Assembly: GCF_964204645.1 (NCBI RefSeq)
Contig: NC_134033.1
Span: 8,130,655 to 8,194,654 of the forward strand
DNA from: Tubulanus polymorphus
Lineage: Eukaryota > Animalia > Nemertea
Direction: 5' to 3'
Length of the DNA stretch: 64,000 nt
Shown here: positions 10,476 through 22,400 of the stretch, piece by piece
How the letters are laid out: each line of letters opens with the position of its first letter
Numbering within the stretch: position 1 is the stretch's first letter
The notes under the pieces: model-generated
Told to the model about the DNA's origin: nothing
The model's input: only the letters and a program-made list of their open reading frames with translations
Database searches by the model: none
Translations under genes and position numbers: made by a program

Positions 10476-13400
10476 GTATACACACAGTGAAAGCTGCATA
10501 ATCCAGATTTGGATCTGCGTACAATGCAGTAAAAAACTAAGATGTTTGATCCAGTTTTCTCATAACTCACTGATTTAACTTCATACAACATATGAGGGCT
10601 GGCTGATTTTCAGAGGGGTGGAAAAATGAAAGGGGTAGCCGCTCCTCTAAAACCTGTTGTGGAAAACACTGCACTCAGTGATGGCCAATGGACCAACACA
10701 GTAAAATTGATCGAGACATGAACCTTGTTAAACCTAGCCTTGGGCTTCTTGTTGTAATTATACGATTTTTGTTTCAGCATTTCGACAGAACGTCACAGAG
10801 CTGAAGTAAGACGAGCTGTCAATGATGAAAAACTGACCACTGTAGCTGATAAGTATGTACTTGATATTTGAAAAAAACGTTTAATCCATTGAGACTCAGT
10901 CTGAAAAAGTAATGACCATGGCAGTCATCTTGAATTTCTTCTTAGCATGATAGGCTACAGCCTGCAATTCTTGATGGAATTAATTAGCTCCGCCATGACT
11001 GAAGGTTAGGGGAGGACCCATCGTCGTTTGTCAGAATTAGCACTTTTTAGCTCCGCTGTGACCGAAGGTCAGCGGAGCTGATGGGTTAGGGGGTTCGTCG
11101 TCGTCGTCCGTCCGTCCGTCCGTTCGGTGTTCGGTGTCCGGCGTCAACTTTTTCTTTATATCCCTACTAGTCCTACAGTTCTGATGGGATCTTGATGAAA
11201 CTTGGTATGAATGATCTATGGGGGAGTGCCTACAAAAGTACAGAGCCATAATTTTGATTTTGCATACATTATGCAAATTAGGGCTATTTTTAGATTTTCA
11301 CTAAAATCGCTACTCCTCCATCGATTTTCAGCGGATTTCAATCAAACTTGGTATGAATGATCTATGGGGGAGTGCCTACAAAAGTACAGAGCCATATTTT
11401 TGATTTTGCATAAATTATGCAAATTAGGGCTATTTTTAGATTTTCACTTAAATCGCTACTTCTACTTCAGTTTTCAGTAGATATCAACCAAACTTGGTAC
11501 GAATGATGTATGGGGGAGTGCCTACAAAAGTATAGAGCCATACTTTTGACTTTGCATAAATTATGCAAATTAGGGCTATTTTTAGATTTTCACTTAAATT
11601 GCTACTTCTACTCCAGTTTTCAGTAGATTTCAACCAAACTTCATATGAATGATCTATTGGGGAGTGCCTACAAAAGTATAGAGCCATTCTATATCGAAGC
11701 AATTGCATAGATTTTTGATAAATTTCACTTGGTGCCTATACTTGGGGACTACAGTTTGTTCCACTTATGACTTCAGTTCCAACAGTTTGTCAGTTTAGAG
11801 TATGTTAATATGATTATTGGTATTGTGGCCCTTCTCCAAGTGGCTATAATGTCCCTGAACATCTAGTTTCAAATAGATACTGATGTGATAGTCTATGCTC
11901 CAAGCCACAACAAAGACAGCGGAGCTATATAAGCCGACAGGCTTCTTGTTACACTTTTGTGAGAGGTTTTCGAGGGAAATTCTGAAGACTCTTCGATCAA
12001 TTATCTTGATCTGTTACATAGGTCTATTTGTATCCCCCAAGGGCCCATCAGCACGAAAAAAATTGGGACAATCAGACTCAAGATGGCTGTCTTGTGACCT
12101 TTTTTGTGCCCAAATGTCAATTTTGGCCTGAATTCAGAGACCGGTTGCTTCCTAAAGGTTTGCCAATTTGTCATTGAAATTTGTGATGGGCATTCTATGA
12201 AAAGAGGCCTTTAGTAGGCATACGTACATCAGGTATTTTCGATCAGCCTATTATCACACAATTGGCGGCCATCTTAGTATCATCAGTACCACCCGATTCT
12301 TTTTTCTTGCCATCAGGGAGTTAGATATTGAATGATTTATACAATTTGTCTATTTTATATTGGCACCTATGCATATTTTCTAACCATAATCATTTGCAAA
12401 GTAGTAGCTCATGACATGTTCTATGATTGTGGTCAGTTTCAAGGTCATTCGGTTATGTATATGGTCACTAGGGGGCGTTGAATAGTAAAATAAGTTAGTG
12501 TTTCTATGTTTGTGGTAAGTTTCAAGGTCATTGATTTCAGTACATGGTTACCAGGGAGCCTTGAATATTGATTCATACAGCGGAGCTATATTAGCTGATA
12601 GACACTCCTCGTTTAAAGTACTTGGTGTGAGGAAGTGGGTCCGTAAGATGTCCATCCCTATTGAAAATAGACATCATTTGCCATCAAACATTGCTACCAT
12701 GATTAAGCATGATTGAGCCTGCATTTCTTGATATGGATTTCCATGAAACTTGATGTGAGAGTTCAGACAGCTTTGTCTACTATTGTCTGTCACACCTGCT
12801 CTCCCTGCGACGTTTTGGTTCGTAATTTCGTTAATAATCGGTCATCTCTAAATATTATCCATCAATTTGTTCAGTTAAGATTTGCATTCAAAAATAAATC
12901 ATGAAGTGGCATAGATTTGTTCTATCATAGATTTGTTCTGTAGATTTGTTCTTTCATCTATCAGCGATAGTTTACCTAGCATACGCTCGCGTAATGCTGA
13001 AAAACGGCTTTTATGGCCCATCACATGGCGCCACCTGCTGTATTTTGATATGCTAATGAGCAGGTGATGACGTCACTGTAACGTTTCCGAGCGTCCGCGG
13101 AGCGGATTTTTCAGCATTACGCTAGCGTATGCTGAGTAAACTTTCGCTCATAAATGAAAACAAAAACAACTTAAGTAAAACTTGTTGTTTATTTCTGAAT
13201 GCAAACGTCCTCACTGAACAAATTGATGCGTAATAAAGGTAGATAAACTGTTTATTAACGAAATTACGAACCAAAACGTCACACGGAGAGCATGTGTGAC
13301 AGACAGTAGATTGGAACCAACAATTCTTATGAACAGTGTTGCCAGACTTCCGGAAATTTCCGGAGTTCCAGAAATCGAAACTTTCAACAAAAAAATTCCC

Positions 13401-16400
13401 GAAAACAACAAAACAATGTAGGTGGCGCCACGCTATGGGCCGCGTAAGCCGTTTTTTCAGCATTTCAGTACGGGAACGATCTTGACTTTGATTTCTGGAA
13501 ATATAATAGCTAGGTGCTGGCAACACTGTATGAATATGGAATATTATGTTACCTTTCTTCAATTTCTTGTCCTTGACTGTTTGGTTTTAAGCTGGTGAAA
13601 CAAAATAGCATTGATATGCAAAACCCTCAATTGATGATAGCTAAGCTTATTCTAACGTCCACCTTTCATTTTCGTTTCGCTGATGATGAGTTTTAGTTAA
13701 AACCTTGAAACGTTACAACCCATAAATACCTTAAATATCATCAATTGTGGGTTTCGCTTATCAACTCTGAGAGTATCTGAGAATATCAGTCTGCCAGTCA
13801 TGATTTGTTGCAGTGCTACATTCCTAGTTTGAAAATGAACTATTAATTAAAGCTGAGCTCGGGTCGACTTACCACCCGACCATCTCGTCATAGAACAGCA
13901 GTTGTAAACACGTGACCGTTGATTGCCGATTCATTTGTCGTAAGCGCACTCAGGTCGACTACGACTCGATCATCGAGTCTAAAGGTTACGTGATGCATGA
14001 CTCGTCGCTGATTGGCTACAATGATCTGATCGGGTCGCAGAAATAGAACATGCGATTTGGTTCACAAAAGGTCTACGATGAGTCCGTCACAGTCGTAAGT
14101 TACTTCATGTCAAATAAGTTCCTGATGTAAAAATCGCAGACCGTTCTGATGAGATGATCCGGTCGTAAGTCGACCTGAGCTTAGCCTAAGCGGACAACAA
14201 ACACCAGCAATTTTACCTGATCACTTTCAAGATATGATACATGTACTTGAAAATAAATGGTGAATGTGTGCAGGATGTAGCCTTACATGGTGATTTTGCA
14301 TTTTAGCCTGCAGGTAGAAAGTAGCCTTGTCTACTTATAAATTTGTTTTATTTTTTTTATCAGTATGTGCGGTCCAAACGTCAGTTCTGAATGGATGATT
14401 GAAGGTCGTCGTTTGATTCCCCTGATGCCGAGACTCGTTCCGCAGACTGCGTTTACCATTACGGCTAACAACGCTGCTACGGCTCAGGCCGTTAAAAACG
14501 CGTCGATGCCGACTCCAAGTTTAACGGGAAATAAAGACTGTAAGTTACAAAATGAGTCATACGTCACAGGATTAGTAATGAAATAGATTTGATAATTCTT
14601 TGCTATTGGAATTTTAATGTGAGCGGTTGGATGAAAATGGAAGTCTCTCGAAATTCATAATTAAGTAAATTACATGTACTTATTAACCCTCTGGATACTG
14701 GGTTACAGAGTACTTTTTAAAATGTTTCAACCCATCTGAGATTGACTGAGGTCTGGGGTCGGTTTCACAAAAATGAAAAGGTTGTCATTATTAACATATC
14801 TAAATTTTGTTTCATGAAACAGGCCCCTGCTGTTCGATTACTATAGTTCCTTTAGGACTGCAACCTTACTGTTTTGGTGTCTTTTGAAGTTTTCCGTGTT
14901 TACAGTATCGTCTTGATTTTTTTGCTGATCCAATTCAGTATATTCAACATTCAAAAAACAACTGTATCGGACATGAAACCCAAGCAGAAAAGTAAGAAAG
15001 TGTGAAGCAATTCACCTCATGCAAATCAAATTGGAAAAGAACCATTTTAGGGGCAGCGTGCCTGACTAGTGACCATGTATGTTATGCGCAATTTTCTCAG
15101 TAGTTTGATTGTAACAAATGTGCAAAAATAACATGCAATGATGTATTCATACAAGGGCAGCTTCCCTCAAAAATTTAGATGGGAATAACAAGTTAGTGCA
15201 CATAAGTCTCTTAAATCTAAGGGTGTTTGGATGACTCTGATAAAAAAAAATACTTCTTAACTCATCAAAAAAAGTAGTTAATGGAATTCATGGCCCAGTT
15301 CATGGTAGTATTCATATTTAGGGGGCATACTGTATTCATTTTGTCGTCTGTCCGTCCGTCTGTCCGCAGTGGTTGATCGCAGTGGTATCCCAGCAGCTAA
15401 ACCCTTCGACAGATTTTTCAGTTGTGTTGTGCTGTATGAGGTTAGTAACTGATTAGATTTTGGGTCCTGTACATCCAAGGTCAAGGTCGCAGGAAGCCAT
15501 TTTGTGAATTTAATTTCCAGGCTCTAACTCATAAATGGTTTGAGATAACTTACTGAAATTCTATGGATGGGTTATCCTAGAGACCGTGGGTAACTGATAA
15601 GATTTTGGGGTCCTGTAGGTCCAAGGTCAAGGTCGCAGGAAGCCATTTCGTGAATTTTATTTCCGAACTCTAACTCATAAATGGTTTAAGGTAACTTACT
15701 GAAATTCTATGGATGGGTTATCCTAGGGACTGTGGGTAATTGATTAGATTTCAGGTCATGTTGGTCAAAGGTCAAGGTAACTAGGAGCTGTTATGTATTT
15801 TTCATTTCCGGGCTCTATCTCATAGATGTTTTAAGATAATTTGGTGACATTTTTTGGATGGGTTATCCTAAAGACCGTGAGTAACTGATAACATTTAGGT
15901 CCTGTAGGTCAAAGGTCAAGGTCACCAGGAGCTGTTTTGTATTTTTCATTTCCGGGCTCTTAGTTCATAAACGGTATAAGATAACTTTGTGAAATTTAGT
16001 GGATGGGTTACGCTAGAGACCTTGAGTGACTAAGTGAATTTCGAGTCCTGTAGGTGAAAGGTCAAGGTCACCGGAAGCCGATTTGTATTTTTCATTTCCT
16101 GCCTTGAGAAATAGGTCGACATACACTCGGGGTGTATTTTACACTCAGGCGATTCACCTGATGTGGGGCCATCAGTCGTCAGCGACATTCTAGTTTATTT
16201 CTGTACACAGAAGGCAAATTATGATACATTGGGGTACCTCTTAAGTTGGGAACACAGAAAATCTAATTGAAAACATTGGAATTAAGTAACTAACATCGGC
16301 AAGGAAAGCAAATCCTAAGATTTGCAAAGCAAATCTTAAGATTTGCAACCGTGTTTAAGATTTTGCTTGGGTGACAATAGAAGTGAAAGTGTCTCACCAT

Positions 16401-19400
16401 TTGGCTGGGTGTTCAATCCGTGAGAAAATCAAAGTTAGTTATATGAAATTTGATTTATTACTGTATAACCTTAATAATAACCAGTATTAGTTAACTTTAG
16501 GTATGTTTATTTTCTCTCTTAGTGTCAGCTCCGTTGTTGGTAGCAAGTGCAGCACCTGCGACTAATATCCCCAGATTAGCCCGACCGGCTAGCCCTACAT
16601 CAAATGTGGTTGTATTACCAAGTGGAATGTCTATTCACATCAAAGGTAGGAACTAATCACGAAGAGTTATTAGGGTGGGAGGATGTGTCTACTAGGACAA
16701 GGGTTTGTACTCTGACAGAGTCTCATGATGTTATCAGTTTTGAATCCCTGCTGAGGGAGGATGTGTCTACTCGGACAGGGGTTCGTACTGTGATAGTCTC
16801 ATCATGTTATCAGTATTTCCATCGAGTACTGTACCCTTTCCTATGGTTTTTGCCAATATTTTCTAAATTTGGATTTATCGCCAATGGTTTTTCTATACGA
16901 CCCGGCCCTGCGGTATTGCATTTAGCCACCGGCGAAATCCGCCATCTTTTTTCTTGGCGTTCTCGCAGTAGAACGCGTTGGATTTTTTCGCCGTAAAAAT
17001 CTGGGAATTAGGATATTAGGGAGTTTTTCACTCTCGTAACGGTGAGTCCGTTCGGTTTGGGGGTTATCCCTGATTTCTTTTTTTCCGTAAGAATTTTATT
17101 TACAAATATAATTTGATTGAATTGAATTGAATTGTTTTGATTTGTAACAGGATAATTATGCCACCCCCTCCTAAGGGTCAGCATCGTGGCGGGGAGGGAT
17201 GCGGGCATTTGTTTGGCGCCTGGGACAACCACGATTCATGTGCGTCGTGCAGGCGCAAATCCGGTCAAATATGTGCAAGGAGCAATCCTTGCAATATTTG
17301 CGTCGTGTGGTCCGAGGACCTTTGGCTTCGGGCCGATAAGGCTCTTAAACTAAGAGATCGTCGTCGAGTTAGCAGGGATTCGTCGGTTTCGGCCGATGTG
17401 CCAACCGACGTTTCTAATCCTGTTTCTTATCGTAAAGCGGAGCGGTCGCCGGTCGTTCAGGTACGATCGGCTTCCCAACTCCGTTCACCGGGGAAGAACG
17501 CGGGTTCACCGGCACCGGTCTCCGGTCATTCACCGGTCTCTGGTCGTTCACCGGTTCGGCCGGTTCGGCCGGTTCAGACTACATGTTCGGAACCGAGCGC
17601 GCGCCGCGGTAGTCGCGAACGGCCCGCACCGGTTCGGTCGGTACCGGTCCGGTCCGGGTCGGGCATCGGTCCGGTTCGGTCCGGTTCGGCCACCGGTCCG
17701 GTCCAGACGTCGTCCGGTACAAAACATCCGGTACGTTCATCGTCTGATTCTGATCGTCGCTCCGGGGATAGAGCTCGCTCTCCCACTAGATTTAGACGCC
17801 GGGAGCGTAATAAACGAGCAAGATCTCCTTCTCGCAGATCAAGGTTTGATCGCGAGAGGGACTACGATCGTTATTGTCGGAAGTTTCGCCGTCGGTCTTC
17901 TCATCGTTCGTCGACGTCGGTTAGCGATGAAAGCGATTCTTCTAGTAGGTCACGATCCCGTTCGAGGGACCGTCACCGAAGTCGGCATGATCGTCGGGAT
18001 ACTGGAAAATACCTGACTCAGAAGGATTTCCATGTATTTGAGGAGAAAATTTTAAACTTGTTATCTTCGTCGCAACAAGTTGCTGCAACTTCTACAACAG
18101 GTAAGCCTATTCCTGATTGTCCGGTTAGAAGTTCGCCAGCCCACTCAGTTTTTCGGAATTCTGACTCTGAATTCCTGGATGCTGCGGTAGGGTCTGATTT
18201 CAATGAGGATCCGGTCCCAGAGGCGGCAATTCCTTCTGGGGTCGTTCCTGTCGCAAGCAATTGTGGGTTGCCCCAGACGATGGGGGCTTCCCTGGCTCGC
18301 AATGTATCTCCGTCCCGTTCAGTTTTATCCGAACCAGCGGGTGACATGCCATTTAGAGCGATGATAAGTGAGTTCTTTGTCAAGCACGGGGCAACTCGCG
18401 CTAAGCCCACAGCAGCTCCTCTGGTCGGTGAGTCAATGGAAGCTTATCGCCCTCCGGACTCCGATCTTAACGTTTTACGGGAATCGTCAGCGGTTTCAAG
18501 AGAATGGGCTCGATTGGATACGCAATTATGGGGTGAATGTCGGCCTGGAACTTTTTCATTTCCCCCTCCAGAACGGGGTATGAAATCTGGGAAATATTTT
18601 AGTTCAACCGATCCACCTATAGGCGCATTTCGCTCGGCGTATTACGCAACTCCAGGTGCTGTGGATCACAGTCATAACTGCCTGGATGCTGATTATACTT
18701 TGATCAGCCCGGATACTGTTACAGCACAGTCGGGTATTCGTTTGCCTAAGTCCGGTTTGGTGGCCATGACGTCAATCCTGGACAATCTTACCAGGGTTGG
18801 TTCGTTTCAAGATATGGCACTTAAGGTGTTGACGGGTGAGCTTCGCGAGACTCACGCCGCCGTTCATGCGGGCTCCGACCCAGAGTCAGTTGCCCTAAAA
18901 CTGGAGGGAATGGACCGGATTATCCAATCTTTGGCTCGGTCTGTTTCGCATGTAATTCCGTTGTCGGTTCGGGGTCAGGCTAATCTGGTGTTAGCCTCCC
19001 GTCAGTCAGTGATGGACTCCAGTGCCAAAACTCGTCTACCGGATATGGTGTCCAATGCTTTGCTGAGAGCCCCATTGGGGACGTCTTCACGTCTCTTCTC
19101 CGGTTGGTGCGCTCCGGTTTCCGCAGAGCTGAGGAAGATTCGGGAGGTTCAGGCCAAGTCCAACCCCCGAACTCCGTGGAAAAAGCGTTCTGGTCCGACG
19201 CCGGCGGCGCAAGGTTCGGCACGGACGCAAACAGGACCATCTCAAACTTCAGCGCTTTCTCAGGCGGCTTCGGATGCCGGTTGGAGAACTAGCGCGCAAC
19301 TTCAACAATCGTGTCAAGCCTCGTCCGGTCGTAACAGTTCCGGTTCGTATCGAGGCAAGGGGAAGGCTCCAAAAAGGGGCTCTTCCTTTCGGAAAAACTC

Positions 19401-22400
19401 GAAATGAATTCTTGGGACCAGTGGGAGGTTGTCTGCAGCAGGCAGCAACCCACTGGTCCGACCTCTTTGGAGACGGTTGGCCCTCCCGGGTCGTCTCTCG
19501 GGGCTACCGTCTCCGTTTCCTAAGGCGACCGCGCCTGATGAGGTCACCTCCCGACATGCGGCCAAAACCAGGTCAGGAGGCCTTAATCTCTCCGGCTCTC
19601 AAGGAACTGGCAGAGAAGGGAGCGATAGAACCAGTTTGCAACGAAACTTCTCCCGGCTGGTTTTCTCGAATATTCATGGTACCAAAGGCCACAGGGGGTC
19701 AACGGACAGTGATAGATCTGTCATCCCTCAATCGGCACCTAGACATTCCAAGGTTCCGGATGACCAAGCCCAAGGACGTGATTCAAGGGCTCCGTCCGGG
19801 TCAATGGGCGGCTTCATTGGACCTGAAAGATGCTTACTTTCAGGTTCCAATTCACCCAAAATCTCGGCGATTTCTCAGGATAAAGTGGAAAGGCCGCCAG
19901 TTCCAATTCAGGTCTCTTCCATTTGGCCTCAGTACGGCCCCGTGGGTTTTCACCAAGTTGGTCAAGTCAGTTCAGAAGGTACTTCAGTCAAGGGGTGTTC
20001 GACTGTTCGTTTACCTCGACGACTGGTTAATAGTCGCGAATTCGGCTCAGGAATGTCGGGAGGCAATGACCTCAGTCTTGGACTTAGTCCATCAGCTAGG
20101 GTTCCGCGTAAACAGGGAAAAATCTCAGTTGACGCCGGCCCAACAGTTCACTTATCTCGGCATGGACTTCGATCTCCGAATCGGCAAAGTCTTTCCGTCT
20201 ATGGTTCGAGTGGCCAAACTTCAAGAAGCTGTAGCGGGAGTGTCCACAACCCCGAGAACAGCTCGTTACTGGTCACGGCTTCTAGGCTCCATCAGCTCCA
20301 TGGGTCTGGTGGTGCCCTTAGGCCGCCTCAGAAGCAGGCGCTTGCAACAATATTGGAAGGTCTTCTGGTCTCAGTCGAAGGGCAACTGGGAGGCCTTGAT
20401 TCCCGTACCTCCAACCGATCTAAGTCCGGATCTTCAGTGGTGGGCGGCCACTACGAATCTTCGGCTCGGGGTGTCACTAGCCCCGTTAGAGGCTCCAGTT
20501 CGTGTATTCACGGATGCCAGTCACCAAGGTTGGGGGGCACATCTGGAGAACCGAGTCAAAGCCGGGAAATGGTCTCGCTACGAGGCCACCAACCACATAA
20601 ATTTCCTAGAAATGCTGGCCGTGTGGAAGGCCCTGAAGTTCTTTCACAGGAGAGTGGAGGGCCACCACGTTTGGTTAGCCACAGACAATTCAACAGTGAG
20701 GGCTTACCTTCAGAACCAAGGGGGCACTCACTCAGAAACCCTCACAGGTCTGTCGGCCAAAATTCTTCTTTGGTGCCAGACAAAGGGCGTGTCCCTGACT
20801 GTGGCACATTTAGCAGGGAAAAGGAACGTGATGGCCGATGCTCTGTCTCGTCGAGGTCAGGCTATTGCGACAGAATGGGTTCTCCACCAAGAAGTAGCCG
20901 ATCGGGTTCGGGGCATTTTTGGCAATCCGCTGCTGGATCTGTTTGCCACCCGGTTCAATCGGAGGTGTCCTCTGTTTGTGTCCCCGTTTCCAGACGCGGA
21001 AGCGTGGGGGGTCGATGCCTTCTCTCTGGACTGGTCGGGGATGCATGCGTATGCGTTCCCGCCCACACCAGTCCTGCCGCGCTTACTGGATCAAATAGAG
21101 AGATCAGTCAATTGCAACATAGTTCTGGTAGCACCATGTTGGCCGGCTCAGAAATGGTTCCTACCACTTCTCAACCTACTGTGCGACAACCCCAGGATTC
21201 TTCCGAATTTCCCATCGCTTCTGTCTCAGGGGATCTTTCGGCATCATCCAAACAGCCAGTGGTTAAATCTGCTCGCCTGGCCATTGTCCAGCGATCCTTG
21301 TCAGCTTCAGGCTTTTCAGAACAGGCTGCCTCCTTTATCGCAGGATCTAAGCGGCCATCAACAAGTACCATTTACGATGCCAAGTGGAGTCATTTTGCGG
21401 ATTGGTGTGCTGCAGGGGAAATTGATCCATGCTCACCCTCTGTAGCTCAATTGGCAGATTTTTTACTGCACCTATTTGTAGCAAAAGGTTTACAGGTCAT
21501 AACTATTAAAGGTTACCGCTCCGCGATTTCTCATACATTGCGTGCTTCTGGATGGCCAAATGTAGCAGGGGATCATCGGATATCCCAGCTGGTTGCTGGG
21601 TTTTCTATTTCCCGGCCTCGGGTAACAAGGACAGTTCCACCATGGGATCTGTCTGTAATTTTGAAGAAGTTAATGGAGGCTCCATTTGAACCTCTTTCGG
21701 CAGCGTCTTTTGCAAATTTGTCAAAAAAGACTGTATTTTTGCTGTTCTTGGCTTGCTCGGCCCGTCGCTCTGAGATTCATGCGCTTTCAGTCCGACCAGG
21801 TCACATTGTCTTTGGGCCAGCGAATGAATTTGTTTCGCTGCGGCCTGCTTTGGAATTTTTGGCAAAGAACCAACGACCAGGCTCGGTTGGGCGTCAATGG
21901 CGAATTGAAGCCCTAAAACATCGAGTGGAACCGGGCATCCCGGACAGGACTTTATGTCCTGTGCGGGCGTTGTGTTTCTATTTAGATCGCTCTGCTTCAC
22001 GGAGGGGTTCACGGGAGCGGTTATTTATTCCGCTGCTGGATCACCTAAAGGGTGATATTTCGCGGGACACAGTAGCCCGATGGGTCTCTTCAATGATCAA
22101 GGACATTTTATTGAAGGAGAATCTTTCCTCGGAGGGAGTCGTTTCTCATCAAGTGAGGTCTATGGCTACTTCCTGCGCAGCCTTTTCGGGTGCTCCGTTG
22201 GAGGAAGTCTGTCGGGCCGCCTTTTGGAATTCACCGTCGACATTCACGTCATTTTATTTACGGGATGTTTCAGGCCAGTTAGGCTCATTAGCTTCACTGG
22301 GTCCTGTTGTCATGGCTCAAGGTGTCCGTTCTTTCCGATCGGACCCTTTAGTGTAGAATATTTATGTAGCATTATCAGGATCACAGGGGGTGTATCCTTG

